A stretch of 64,000 bases of DNA, taken from positions 294,565 through 358,564 of the forward strand of contig CBFDCC010000001.1 of NCBI GenBank assembly GCA_965603205.1, in the 5' to 3' direction. Numbering within the stretch: position 1 is the first letter of the stretch; every line of letters starts with the position of its first letter. Source of the DNA: an uncultured Kordiimonas sp. (lineage in GTDB: Bacteria; Pseudomonadota; Alphaproteobacteria; Sphingomonadales; Kordiimonadaceae). This document shows positions 18,031 to 26,849 of the stretch, one piece after another. The notes under the pieces are model-generated. The model did no database searches and was not told the origin of the DNA. It worked only from the letters and a program-made list of their open reading frames with translations. The position numbers and the translations under genes are program-made.

Positions 18031-19053
18031 TTATAATAACGTATGTTTTTTCATGGCATGGCGTAATTGATCGTAGCTAAGGTGTAGATGGCGGGCTGTG
18101 CTGCGCTGATTAAACTTATGTAGGCCAAGGGCGTGTGTGATTAGAGTTTTTTCATGGGTGTTTAATTTTGCACGTAGATCAAAAGGACCAGAAGGCAAGA
18201 CTGTTTCTGCCACTATTTCTGCCACTGCTTTGTCAGTTTGCGTAGAAGGTTGATCGGCGGTAGCTGTCAAAACTGGTGGCCTAAAGGGACTGTCAAAAGG
18301 ATCAAAGACAATGTCATTAAGAGGGGCCTCGCCGTCCCATGCACGATAGACGGCGCGCTCTATCACATTTTTAAGTTCACGAATGTTGCCGGGCCATTGA
18401 TGGTTTAGTAATCTGGTTACGGCGTCTTCAGTAAAGCCTGGAAATTGCAGCCATTCTTGCTCTGTAGCCATTTGCCGTCCAAAAAACTCAGCCAGTATTT
18501 CTATATCCTCTTGGCGTTCTCTTAAAGGCGGTACGGTGATAACATCAAAGGCTAATCTATCGAGTAGGTCATGGCGAAACGCGCCGCGGTCAGCAGCAGC
18601 AGGCAGGTCGATATTAGTGGCGCCTAAAACACGCACATCTACCTTGACGGTCTCGTTACCGCCAATACGCTCAAATTCACCATATTCGATGATGCGCAGT
18701 AGTTTCTCTTGCGCGGCGGGGGTTAAGGTGCCGATCTCATCAAGAAATAAGGTGCCACCATCAGCGGCTTCAAAACGACCAATACGGCGCTTGCTTGCGC
18801 CTGTGAAGGCACCAGCCTCATACCCAAACAGTTCGCTGTCTAATAAATTTTCAGGCAAGGCAGCGCAATTCATTTTTTGATAGCCCTTGTCCCAGCGCTG
18901 AGACAAGTAATGCAGGCGTGCGGCAATCAGCTCTTTTCCCGTGCCGCGCTCGCCGATCACCAGCACGGACCGCTCCATGGGCGCAGCATGGCTGATCTGG
19001 TCCATAACGTCTAAAAAGGCGGGGCTTTCGCCAATGATTTTTATATCTACCAT
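18031..19053 (-). CDS. pspF: sigma54-dependent transcriptional activator PspF (no receiver domain)
   Basis: 340 aa: AAA+ core with Walker A GERGTGKE and the sigma54-contact loop GAFTGA (YEAGAFTGA), plus a C-terminal HTH. Divergent from pspABC. Confidence 0.8.
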   Translation of the reverse strand: MVDIKIIGESPAFLDVMDQISHAAPMERSVLVIGERGTGKELIAARLHYLSQRWDKGYQKMNCAALPENLLDSELFGYEAGAFTGASKRRIGRFEAADGGTLFLDEIGTLTPAAQEKLLRIIEYGEFERIGGNETVKVDVRVLGATNIDLPAAADRGAFRHDLLDRLAFDVITVPPLRERQEDIEILAEFFGRQMATEQEWLQFPGFTEDAVTRLLNHQWPGNIRELKNVIERAVYRAWDGEAPLNDIVFDPFDSPFRPPVLTATADQPSTQTDKAVAEIVAETVLPSGPFDLRAKLNTHEKTLITHALGLHKFNQRSTARHLHLSYDQLRHAMKKHTLL

Positions 19054-19148
19054 ATGAATACCATTAGTTAGTGTAATTTACTAAAATATAGTAGTTTGCA
19101 CATATATAGTCAAGTGCGCATCTCTAAAATAAAATATTTATTGAGTAT

Positions 19149-19161
19149 TATCAATGTGTTA
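19149..19161 (+). promoter_or_regulatory. IHF-like site upstream of the sigma54 promoter
   Basis: TATCAATGTGTTA fits WATCAANNNNTTR and sits 17 nt upstream of the -24 element. Confidence 0.3.
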
Positions 19162-19177
19162 CGATTTTTCAAAAAAC

Positions 19178-19193
19178 TGGCACGAGGGCTGCA
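19178..19193 (+). promoter_or_regulatory. sigma54 (-24/-12) promoter of pspABC
   Basis: TGGCAC-GAGGG-CTGCA, compared with the consensus TGGCAC-N5-TTGCW. It faces pspA and is adjacent to pspF. Confidence 0.65.
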
Positions 19194-19452
19194 ATATAGT
19201 TCTCATAACGAAGAATAAAACAAAGAAACAGCGTTATGCCCCGATCTTAAGAAGCCCATAAGGGCCACAAGATGAATGCAAAAAAGGTCTTTAAAACCAG
19301 GCAAAGGGGGAGACAGCACGGAAACGACAATAAACGGCCCGAGACTATGCAGCGAGAATAGCAAATAAAGGTCCGAGCCACGACAGCGAGAAAACACACT
19401 TGATAAAAAGGTAAAAGCCAATCAAGTGATAACAATAAAAAAGGAACGAACT

Positions 19453-20160
19453 ATGGGTATTTTTTCAAGACTGAGTGACATTATCAACTCTAACATTAAC
19501 TCGATTTTAGACAGGGCAGAAGATCCAGCTAAAATCATTCGTATGGTCATTCAGGAAATGGAAGATACGCTTGTTGAGGTGCGCACTAGCGCGGCGAAGG
19601 CAATTGCGGACCAAAAAGATATAGAGCGCAAATTAAAGCGTATTGAAGATGCCAAAGGTGAATGGGATAAAAAAGCTGCGTTAGCTATTAGCAAAGGTCG
19701 CGATGATCTAGCTAAGGGCGCTCTCATTGAAAAAGCTAAATTAGGCGAGATGTCAGAGCTTCTAGCAGCTGAGGTTGATCATATTAATGAGGCTCTATCT
19801 CGTCATGAAGAAGATGTGGTTAAGCTAGACAGCAAACTGCGTGAAGCAAAAGCAAAAAAAGCCAGCCTAAACACTCGCCATCAAACAGCGTCCAATCAGT
19901 TGCGTGTTAAGCGTAATATCTATGATACGCGTATCACTGATGCTTTTGAGCGCTTTGAAAAAGTCGAGCACCGTCTTGACCGTATCGAGGGTGAAGCTGA
20001 ATCTTATGAGTTGGGCCGTGGTAAAAGCCTAGTTGACGAGATTAACACATTAGAATCTGATGATTCAGTAGATCAGGAACTGGCCGCGTTAAAGGCCAAG
20101 GTTACTGGTAAGCCTGACACATCTGGCACAGGTGCTAAAAAGACAGCAGCCAAAAAATAA
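19453..20160 (+). CDS. pspA: phage shock protein A
   Basis: 235 aa from ATG 19453 (AAGGA at 19440-44): MGIFSRLSDIINSNINSILDRAEDPAKIIRMVIQEMEDTL..., coiled coil throughout. Confidence 0.9.
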   Translation: MGIFSRLSDIINSNINSILDRAEDPAKIIRMVIQEMEDTLVEVRTSAAKAIADQKDIERKLKRIEDAKGEWDKKAALAISKGRDDLAKGALIEKAKLGEMSELLAAEVDHINEALSRHEEDVVKLDSKLREAKAKKASLNTRHQTASNQLRVKRNIYDTRITDAFERFEKVEHRLDRIEGEAESYELGRGKSLVDEINTLESDDSVDQELAALKAKVTGKPDTSGTGAKKTAAKK

Positions 20161-20172
20161 TATATAATAAGC

Positions 20173-20217
20173 TCGGCAATCTGGCTATCAGATAAGACGG
20201 ATAGTCAGATAAGCCGA
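20173..20217 (+). other. long intercistronic stem-loop between pspA and pspB
   Basis: CGGC-A-ATCTGGCTATC (20174-89) pairs with GATAGTCAGAT-AA-GCCG (20200-16), giving about 15 bp. The loop is AGATAAGACG and there is no U-tail. Confidence 0.5.
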
Positions 20218-20233
20218 CACGGAGGTCAAGATT

Positions 20234-20461
20234 ATGGAAGAAGTTATACCTATTTTACTATTCACTATCGTGATACCGCTTTGGATTATTTTCCATTATG
20301 TCACCAAGTGGAAGTCAATGAAAACATTCTCTGCCGAAGATGAGACAAGCCTCACTGAGATGCGTTCATCAGCGGATCGCCTAGAAGACCGTCTACGGAC
20401 TTTAGAACGCATATTAGACAGTGAAGTACCAGATTGGAGGAGCCGTCGTGATGACTATTAA
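20234..20461 (+). CDS. pspB: phage shock protein B
   Basis: 75 aa with an N-terminal TM followed by ...LTEMRSSADRLEDRLRTLERILD... Confidence 0.85.
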   Translation: MEEVIPILLFTIVIPLWIIFHYVTKWKSMKTFSAEDETSLTEMRSSADRLEDRLRTLERILDSEVPDWRSRRDDY

Positions 20462-20840
20462 TAATAGCCCCACCAGACTTTATAAGGACCCACGCAATGC
20501 TAAGCTTATGGGTGTATGCGCAGGTATCGCAGATTATACCAGCATCAAGGTAAAGGCCGTACGAATATTGGTTGTTATCGGCGCTATCCTAACTGGCATA
20601 TGGCCCTTAGTAATTGGATATGTAATTTTAGGTTTTGTTTTAGAGCCAAAACCAAAGGATTTATACGAAGATAAAAAAGAAGAAGAGTTTTGGAAACAAA
20701 CGCGCAAGGCCCCAGATTACACAACAGCAGAGATGCGCAAACGTTTCCGTGACATTGATCGCAGGACCGCTGATATGGAAGCCTATATGACCAGCAAGCG
20801 TTTCCGCCTTGATCGTGAACTGAACGCATTAAAGGATTAA
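20451..20840 (+). CDS. pspC: phage shock protein C (PspC domain)
   Basis: MTINNSPTRLYKDPRNAKLMGVCAGIADYT..., followed by a TM and a C-terminal leucine-zipper-like region. GGAGG at 20436-40. Overlaps pspB by 11 nt. GTG 20448 is an alternative start. Confidence 0.8.
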   Translation: MTINNSPTRLYKDPRNAKLMGVCAGIADYTSIKVKAVRILVVIGAILTGIWPLVIGYVILGFVLEPKPKDLYEDKKEEEFWKQTRKAPDYTTAEMRKRFRDIDRRTADMEAYMTSKRFRLDRELNALKD

Positions 20841-20884
20841 TCCCCCAAAAAGGATAATTCCCCTGTTAATCACGAGATGCGCAC

Positions 20885-20916
20885 TAAAAAAGCCCCTACA
20901 TAAGTTGGGGCTTTTT
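20885..20916. terminator. bidirectional terminator after pspC / MAPEG gene
   Basis: AAAAAA-AGCCCC (20891-96), loop TACATAAGTT, GGGGCT (20907-12), then TTTT. Confidence 0.7.
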
Positions 20917-20941
20917 GTTGTTTAAAAAGGTTTATGGCCTT

Positions 20942-21346
20942 TTACATAGCTATCTTGATAACCTCTATAAAGCTCCATACGAGCATAACGATAAAGGGCA
21001 AAAAGCTAATCATGAAACCCATGCTGCGTTTGGCTGGATCAGCCATATAGCCTTTTGAATATAGGATGCGTCCAATAATCCAAACTGTACCTGCAACACC
21101 TGCATATAGATCACTTACCAATATGGAAAATAACCATAAAACAGGCAAAAATGTCACGATAAGTTCAAGCGAATTTAAATGTATACGGTTAGCACGCTGA
21201 AATTCTTCTGGTCCGTCAAGACTAGGTGCGGGTACGTTCAATTTACCGCGCATCAAGCCAACGCGGAATGAAAATATAAATACGATGAATGTGGCAAGTA
21301 ATGTAACGAGTGCCGTTAGTGGATATGCAAACTGTGTTAATTCCAT
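20942..21346 (-). CDS. MAPEG family membrane protein (glutathione transferase-like)
   Basis: 134 aa with 4 TM and ...FQRANRIHLNSLE... typical of MAPEG. Confidence 0.6.
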   Translation of the reverse strand: MELTQFAYPLTALVTLLATFIVFIFSFRVGLMRGKLNVPAPSLDGPEEFQRANRIHLNSLELIVTFLPVLWLFSILVSDLYAGVAGTVWIIGRILYSKGYMADPAKRSMGFMISFLPFIVMLVWSFIEVIKIAM

Positions 21347-21438
21347 GGGGATTCCCTCCAGTATATTCCCTGTCCAAAATTGGACGAGGCCACGATAACA
21401 GCTTGCACTATTTTAACAAATAACAAGTCTGTGACTAT

Positions 21439-22764
21439 CTAATTTCGATGTTTTAAAACCGCAGTCGCAAACTGTTTACGCCCAAACAGCATAAAGAAAA
21501 TAGATATGGGTGTTGTAATCAGCGCTAGCAGCATGAGGGATTTATCAATCGCCATCTCATCAGCAAAGACATAATCATTAAATACACCCACTAGCAATGG
21601 TCCCAAGCTATAGCCCAGCAAGCTAACAACCATGATAAAGGCGGCTGTAAATTGCCCGCGCATTTGATTGGGTGTGATCATGCTAATGGCGGCGTAAGCA
21701 GCCCCCGTTGGTAAGTTAATGAATAAAAACTGGATGAAGAGCATACCCCACATAAGCGACAAATCAGTGGCCTGAGGGTAGATAAGCGCAGGAATAAAAT
21801 ACCCGATAGGCGAGGCGAGTAGCGCAAGAATATGAGCGTCATTGCGCCCCTTGCGGTATAAGATGTCGGCAATGCGACCACCAAGGATCAGACCTAATAC
21901 GCCACCAATTAAACTGATAAAACCAAAGTTATACCCAAGCGTACTGCTGTCGATACCATGGATACGCTGCATGAAAAACGCTAAAAATGTTAGCGTACCG
22001 TAGCTGAGCGTCGCGATGGCAGACAAGCCAAAGAAGATCGCACCATATGCCCTTGGTTGCTGTTTAAACTGCGCCCATACTTTCGCCAGCGGTACAGGCT
22101 CTGGTTTTGGGCCTGCCAAACCCTTCCTGCTAGGTTCGCGGATGGTGATGATCATCAGGGTCAGTAACAAGCCTGGCAGTCCCACTAGGATGAATGTTTT
22201 TTGCCAGCTACGGATAACCTCAAACCCCAAGAATGAGATGTCAGGTAATGTGCCAGCCCAACTGATAACCGCCCCACCGACAATGAAGGCAAGTCCTGAA
22301 CCAATGGGGATGCCCATGGAATAGACGGACATAGCAGTGGATAGCTTTTCCTTTGGGAAACTATCAGCGATCAAGCTATTGGCGGATGGGGCAAGCGTTG
22401 CCTCACCTACGCCAACGCCGACGCGCAGCAAAAATAAATGCGTGAATGATCTAGCAAAGGCGGATGCGGTTGTCATTAGGCTCCACAGGAACAGACCAAC
22501 AGCAATAAGGCCGCGCCTACTGCCTGTGTCGGCAATGCGCGCGCAAAATAGACCAAAAATACCGTAGAAAATAGCAAAGGCAATACCAGTTAATAGGCCA
22601 AATTGCGTGTCGGATATGCTAAAATCTGCCTTGATGGCAGGGCCGAGTAGCCCAAGGATTTGCCGGTCAATATAAGAGAAAGTATAAACGATCACCAACA
22701 GGCCAACAGTATACCAAGCATAAGTTGGCGTTGGATATGTATCTGGCTTGTCTTGCTCACGCAT
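21439..22764 (-). CDS. MFS transporter
   Basis: 441 aa with about 12 TM and the loop 2-3 motif ...ARIADTGSRRG... Confidence 0.8.
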   Translation of the reverse strand: MREQDKPDTYPTPTYAWYTVGLLVIVYTFSYIDRQILGLLGPAIKADFSISDTQFGLLTGIAFAIFYGIFGLFCARIADTGSRRGLIAVGLFLWSLMTTASAFARSFTHLFLLRVGVGVGEATLAPSANSLIADSFPKEKLSTAMSVYSMGIPIGSGLAFIVGGAVISWAGTLPDISFLGFEVIRSWQKTFILVGLPGLLLTLMIITIREPSRKGLAGPKPEPVPLAKVWAQFKQQPRAYGAIFFGLSAIATLSYGTLTFLAFFMQRIHGIDSSTLGYNFGFISLIGGVLGLILGGRIADILYRKGRNDAHILALLASPIGYFIPALIYPQATDLSLMWGMLFIQFLFINLPTGAAYAAISMITPNQMRGQFTAAFIMVVSLLGYSLGPLLVGVFNDYVFADEMAIDKSLMLLALITTPISIFFMLFGRKQFATAVLKHRN

Positions 22765-22853
22765 AAATTTGTCCTATTTTTAATTTATAGTTGGCAAATA
22801 AACTAATATACATGATACAGCAAGATCATTAGCCAAATTGATCGTAAAGGAAG

Positions 22854-23276
22854 ATGGTGATGGCGCAGGTTACAACATTAGATGATGTGCTGGAAACATT
22901 CGAGTTTTTAGACGATTGGGAAGATCGTTATGGCTATATTATCGATCTTGGCAAAAGCGTAGATACGCTACCCGACACCCTAAAATTAGATCAGTTTTTG
23001 GTGCGCGGCTGCCAGAGTAAAGTGTGGCTCATCCCTGATGTTAGCGATGATGGCATCTTATCTTTTCGCGCCGATAGTGACGCTGTTATCACACGCGGCC
23101 TCGTGAGTTTGATTCTTATTATCTTTAACGGTAAAACGGCGGCTGAGATTTTGGCCGTAGACGTTCAGGGTATCCTAGAGCAGTTAGGCCTAAAACAACA
23201 TCTATCACCATTGCGTGCCAATGGCCTTTATTCGATGGTTGAAAAGATTTTAACCATTGCGGGCGCTAGTAAATAA
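22854..23276 (+). CDS. sufE: cysteine desulfuration protein SufE
   Basis: ...FEFLDDWEDRYGYIIDLG...VRGCQSKVWL... The alternative ATG at 22860 is better spaced from AAGGAAG. Confidence 0.85.
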   Translation: MVMAQVTTLDDVLETFEFLDDWEDRYGYIIDLGKSVDTLPDTLKLDQFLVRGCQSKVWLIPDVSDDGILSFRADSDAVITRGLVSLILIIFNGKTAAEILAVDVQGILEQLGLKQHLSPLRANGLYSMVEKILTIAGASK

Positions 23277-23290
23277 TTTTTAGCCTCAAT

Positions 23291-23340
23291 CGCCGACGCT
23301 CACGCTTATGCGGGGATAGCCACGAGTGGCACCTGAACGG
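23291..23340 (+). repeat. truncated copy of the intergenic repeat family
   Basis: CGCTTATGCGGGGATAGCCACGAGTGGCACCTGAACGG differs from CGAGCTTATGCGAGGATAGCCACGAGTGGCGCTTGAACGG at 14488-14527 at only a few positions. Confidence 0.6.
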
Positions 23341-23344
23341 ACAT

Positions 23345-23377
23345 AAAAAAGGCCCGACAAACTGTCAGGCCTTTTTT
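23345..23377. terminator. bidirectional terminator between sufE and the SNF transporter gene
   Basis: AAAAAA-GGCCCGACA (23351-59), loop AAC, TGTCAGGCC (23363-71), then TTTTTT. Confidence 0.7.
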
Positions 23378-23391
23378 AAAAATCTTCTAAG

Positions 23392-24774
23392 TTAAGTTAA
23401 CCCAGCCACCAATACAATGATCAGCGCAAGTGGACATAGGTATTTAATCAATACATGCCACAATTCAAATATACCACCTTCTGGTAGGTCCATCTCTTTA
23501 CGCATGCTTTCGCGGCTAACAAACCAACCAACGAAAATAGCCAGCAGTAGACCACCAACAGGCATCACAATGCTCGATACCGTATAATCGATGATCTTAC
23601 CCGGATGAGCAATGGATCCACCGATAGTATCTATGCCAAGGAAGGCAAGTGGTGTTGATGTAGCCCAGTCATTACTAGAATAAAGCGTTAGCATGCCAAC
23701 AAGGAAGGCGATGCCGCCACCAATGACCGAAGAGCGCCAGCGTGTCATATTGTATTTCTCTTCGAAATAGGCAACCGTTGGTTCTAAAAGCGAGATTGAT
23801 GATGTGATCGCTGCGATTGTCAGTAGCACAAAGAAAGCTGTGCCAACAATGTCGCCGCCTGGCATTTGACCAAAAGCAATAGGCAACGTGATGAAGATTA
23901 AGCTTGGGCCACCCGCTGGATCAAGGCCATAAGCAAATACAAGTGGGAAGATCGCAAGACCCGCCACAAGAGCAACGCCTGTATCAGCCGTTGCGATAAG
24001 GGCCGCAGATTTGGGCAGGCTAATATCCTTAGGCAAATATGCGCCATAAGCAAGCATGGTACCTACTGTAACGCTAAGCGAGAAGAAGGCTTGACCTAGT
24101 GCGCTAAGTACAACATCTGCATTGATTTTTGAGAAATCAGGCGTGAATAAAAATTCAACAGCGCGGTTAAAATCACCCGTTGCCATGGCAAAACCAACGA
24201 GCAGTAAAAGGATCAAAAACAAGAGTGGCATTAAATATGTCACGGCTTTTTCTAATCCGCCTTTAATGCCTTTACCGACGATGATGACAGTGATCGCTGT
24301 GAAGAGGAAATGCCATATGGTCATGGTACCTGCACTGGCTTCATACGCTGTCATGGCATCTACGGCACCAGCTTTAGTAATGCCTTGGAAGGTACCTGTC
24401 GCGGCTTCGATGATATAGGCCATAACCCAACCAGCAATAACGCTATAGAAACTAAGAAGACCAAGTCCGCCGCCAAAAGTCCCCAAATTACCGAGCTTTG
24501 CCCAATGGTGTGATAGGTTTGATTCTTTTGCGATAGCTGCTAGTGAGCCAATTGGGCTTTTGCCACCGCGTCGACCAATAGTTAGCTCTGCTATAAGGAC
24601 AGGTAGGCCAATCAAAAAGACAAAACCAATATAGACTAGCACGAAGGCGCTACCGCCATTTTCGCCTGCCATATATGGGAAACGCCATATATTACCTAAT
24701 CCAACTGCGCTGCCTACTGCAGCAAAAATAAAAGCCATTTTAGATGACCACTGTACTCGACTGGCTCCAGCCAT
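23392..24774 (-). CDS. sodium-dependent transporter, SNF (neurotransmitter:sodium symporter) family
   Basis: 460 aa with ...AAVGSAVGLGNIWRFPYMAGENGG... Confidence 0.9.
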   Translation of the reverse strand: MAGASRVQWSSKMAFIFAAVGSAVGLGNIWRFPYMAGENGGSAFVLVYIGFVFLIGLPVLIAELTIGRRGGKSPIGSLAAIAKESNLSHHWAKLGNLGTFGGGLGLLSFYSVIAGWVMAYIIEAATGTFQGITKAGAVDAMTAYEASAGTMTIWHFLFTAITVIIVGKGIKGGLEKAVTYLMPLLFLILLLLVGFAMATGDFNRAVEFLFTPDFSKINADVVLSALGQAFFSLSVTVGTMLAYGAYLPKDISLPKSAALIATADTGVALVAGLAIFPLVFAYGLDPAGGPSLIFITLPIAFGQMPGGDIVGTAFFVLLTIAAITSSISLLEPTVAYFEEKYNMTRWRSSVIGGGIAFLVGMLTLYSSNDWATSTPLAFLGIDTIGGSIAHPGKIIDYTVSSIVMPVGGLLLAIFVGWFVSRESMRKEMDLPEGGIFELWHVLIKYLCPLALIIVLVAGLT

Positions 24775-24887
24775 AATCCCACTCCCCTCAGAATGTTTAT
24801 ATTTATTGTATATTTAGTCTTTAGCCCAAATGACTAAGATTTGGACTATATCTATTTAGTTTCAATTGTACCAGTCTGAATTTAAGC

Positions 24888-25730
24888 CTATTTCATACGG
24901 TCAAGAACACGGCAATATTCGCCAGTGGAGCGTATGGTAACGCACAGGCGGTCAGCCTCCGACCATTGCTCAACGGGCACCCCAAGACGGAAGGCTTGAC
25001 CATTAGCTGTAGATATCTGCCAAATGCTGATGGCACCTTTGAGCGCAGGGTATGATTTTTCTAATGTGCTTGTATATTCAATCGCATTTTCATAAGAGGA
25101 ATAGGATGCTAAATGCGCGTACCAGCTACCTTGCGGGTGATGACTGCGCGGACGTGTTACGTCTAGGGCTATTAATTTAAGCCCTTTGGTGTCGCGGTTT
25201 TTAGCCTTAGTCTTAGCGCTGTTTTTACGGACGGGCTTAGGTGGGGTTGGCGTGCCTAGGCTATCATGCAGTTTTGTAGTGTTTGCCATGAAATCCATAT
25301 CAAGCGCTACTAGCTTTCTCTGCAGGGCAATAAGCCGCTTGCTGGCAACTTCGACCAGCGGGCCGCGTAGTGGCACAGCCTTACATTTGACATTCATTTT
25401 TTGCCTGTTACCCGAGCGTGCTACAGTTGCGTATGCGTTGCGCGCTTTCACAGGCAGGCCTGATTTTTCAAGCGCAACAGCCTTTAATAAAAGATTGCTG
25501 ATGCTACTTGGCTGCGTGTTGAGGCGGTCGAGGGCTTCTTGATTACGGCCGCCGCAAAGAGCTGATATAACGGCCCCAGAAACAGAGGATGATCCAGTTG
25601 GTGCTTTAGCATCGGTGGCGGATGATGTTTTTACGTCACTACCACCGCCAAAGTCTGGCATAGAAATGCAAGCATTTAATGATAGAGCTAGTGTTACTGC
25701 AGTGCCAATTTTAGCAAGGCGATTTTTCAT
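24888..25730 (-). CDS. lipoprotein with a C-terminal SPOR-like domain
   Basis: 280 aa with lipobox LSLNAC and the C-terminal pattern ...WYAHLASYSSYENAIEYTSTLEKSYPALKG...FRLGVP... Assigned by eye. Confidence 0.5.
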   Translation of the reverse strand: MKNRLAKIGTAVTLALSLNACISMPDFGGGSDVKTSSATDAKAPTGSSSVSGAVISALCGGRNQEALDRLNTQPSSISNLLLKAVALEKSGLPVKARNAYATVARSGNRQKMNVKCKAVPLRGPLVEVASKRLIALQRKLVALDMDFMANTTKLHDSLGTPTPPKPVRKNSAKTKAKNRDTKGLKLIALDVTRPRSHHPQGSWYAHLASYSSYENAIEYTSTLEKSYPALKGAISIWQISTANGQAFRLGVPVEQWSEADRLCVTIRSTGEYCRVLDRMK

Positions 25731-25748
25731 AACTGATTCCCTAAAATC

Positions 25749-26486
25749 TTAATTGGCAACAGTATCAAGCACAATACGGTTATTACGTTTCTGCACAGGG
25801 CGATTATTGGTTTTCACTATACGGTGTAGCGCATTCAGCTGTGTTTTTGAAAAAGACACCGTGCCCTTTAAGAGATACCAATTCACGCCCTCGCTACAGG
25901 GTGGGGTTGTTAGCGAACCTTGATAGCGAAAATATGATTTATCATGAGGCATCAGGTCGCGTGCGTTAATAAGCACGCCCGCGTCACTGCGGGTGCCATT
26001 TTTCTTGGTTGGTAAAAAAGACATAATCTCATTAAAAGCTTTATTTTCATCACCTTCTTCAACGAGAACACCAACCACGGCTATATTGCCGCTAGTAGAT
26101 GCGTGTACAAAATGGATTTCCATGGGGAAAGACTTGCCCATAACAGTATGCTCTGATGGTGTATGTATATGGAATTGTTTCAGCTCATAAGATTTATTGC
26201 CAATTTTTAAAAAGCTGCCACTATTATAATTTTGCTGCAATGTATGACCATTATTGAGCATAGCAATGGGCGCGACGTTATAATCCATCTTTAGGCCGTG
26301 TGTAATGGCAGGATCGGTATTATTGATATCAATAGGGGACTGGCTTTTGCCTGATTTGCATTTTCCGCCCCAGTAGTTTGGGCCATTTTTGCCTGCATAT
26401 CCCCATTCAGCCGCTTTTAGCGGCGCTGTCACTAATAAACCAATTAATGCTGAAACTGTTACTGATTTCACCAAGCTCATGTTCAT
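25749..26486 (-). CDS. alpha-class carbonic anhydrase, periplasmic
   Basis: 245 aa with a signal peptide and WGYAGKNGPNYWG...SPIDIN...QFHIHTPSEHTV...EIHFVH...SLTTPPCSEGVNW. Confidence 0.9.
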   Translation of the reverse strand: MNMSLVKSVTVSALIGLLVTAPLKAAEWGYAGKNGPNYWGGKCKSGKSQSPIDINNTDPAITHGLKMDYNVAPIAMLNNGHTLQQNYNSGSFLKIGNKSYELKQFHIHTPSEHTVMGKSFPMEIHFVHASTSGNIAVVGVLVEEGDENKAFNEIMSFLPTKKNGTRSDAGVLINARDLMPHDKSYFRYQGSLTTPPCSEGVNWYLLKGTVSFSKTQLNALHRIVKTNNRPVQKRNNRIVLDTVAN

Positions 26487-26663
26487 AAGGTCTCTCCATA
26501 TGCCTCAAAAAATTCATATATTTCATAATCTAAGGCAGCTTATCTGATTTATTGCCTAGATGGAACAATGTTTAACAGATTTGTTTATGCAGATTTTGGG
26601 CCATATGGAAACTTTATAATTTGTGGTATGGGTAATGTCTTAAGTTTTATAAGGATATGATAC

Positions 26664-26849
26664 ATGCTTGAATTAAAGAATAAATGCGAGCGCTGTGAAA
26701 ACCCATTACCACAAGACAGTGACCAAGCGATGATCTGTAGCTTTGAATGTACTTTCTGTGCGCCTTGCGTCAACGGTCCTCTTAAAAATACATGCCCTAA
26801 TTGCGGTGGCGAGTTTCAACGACGGCCCACGCGTATTATTAAGCCATAG
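26664..26849 (+). CDS. DUF1272-type zinc-ribbon protein
   Basis: 61 aa: MLELKNKCERCENPLPQDSDQAMICSFECTFCAPCV...CPNCGGEFQRRPTR. Confidence 0.65.
   Translation: MLELKNKCERCENPLPQDSDQAMICSFECTFCAPCVNGPLKNTCPNCGGEFQRRPTRIIKP

Noticed and set aside
19272-19361. 29-codon + strand ORF (MNAKKVFKTRQRGRQHGNDNKRPETMQRE) in the pspA leader.
   Set aside because: It has only a weak SD-like AAGGG and a highly basic, low-complexity product, and it spans one of the 34-nt repeats. There is no evidence of coding, so it is treated as part of the leader.
19203-19435. Minus-strand ORFs of 72 aa and 62 aa in the pspF-pspA spacer.
   Set aside because: Both begin with TTG, lack an SD, overlap each other in different frames, and are by-products of the pyrimidine-rich complement of the purine-rich pspA leader.
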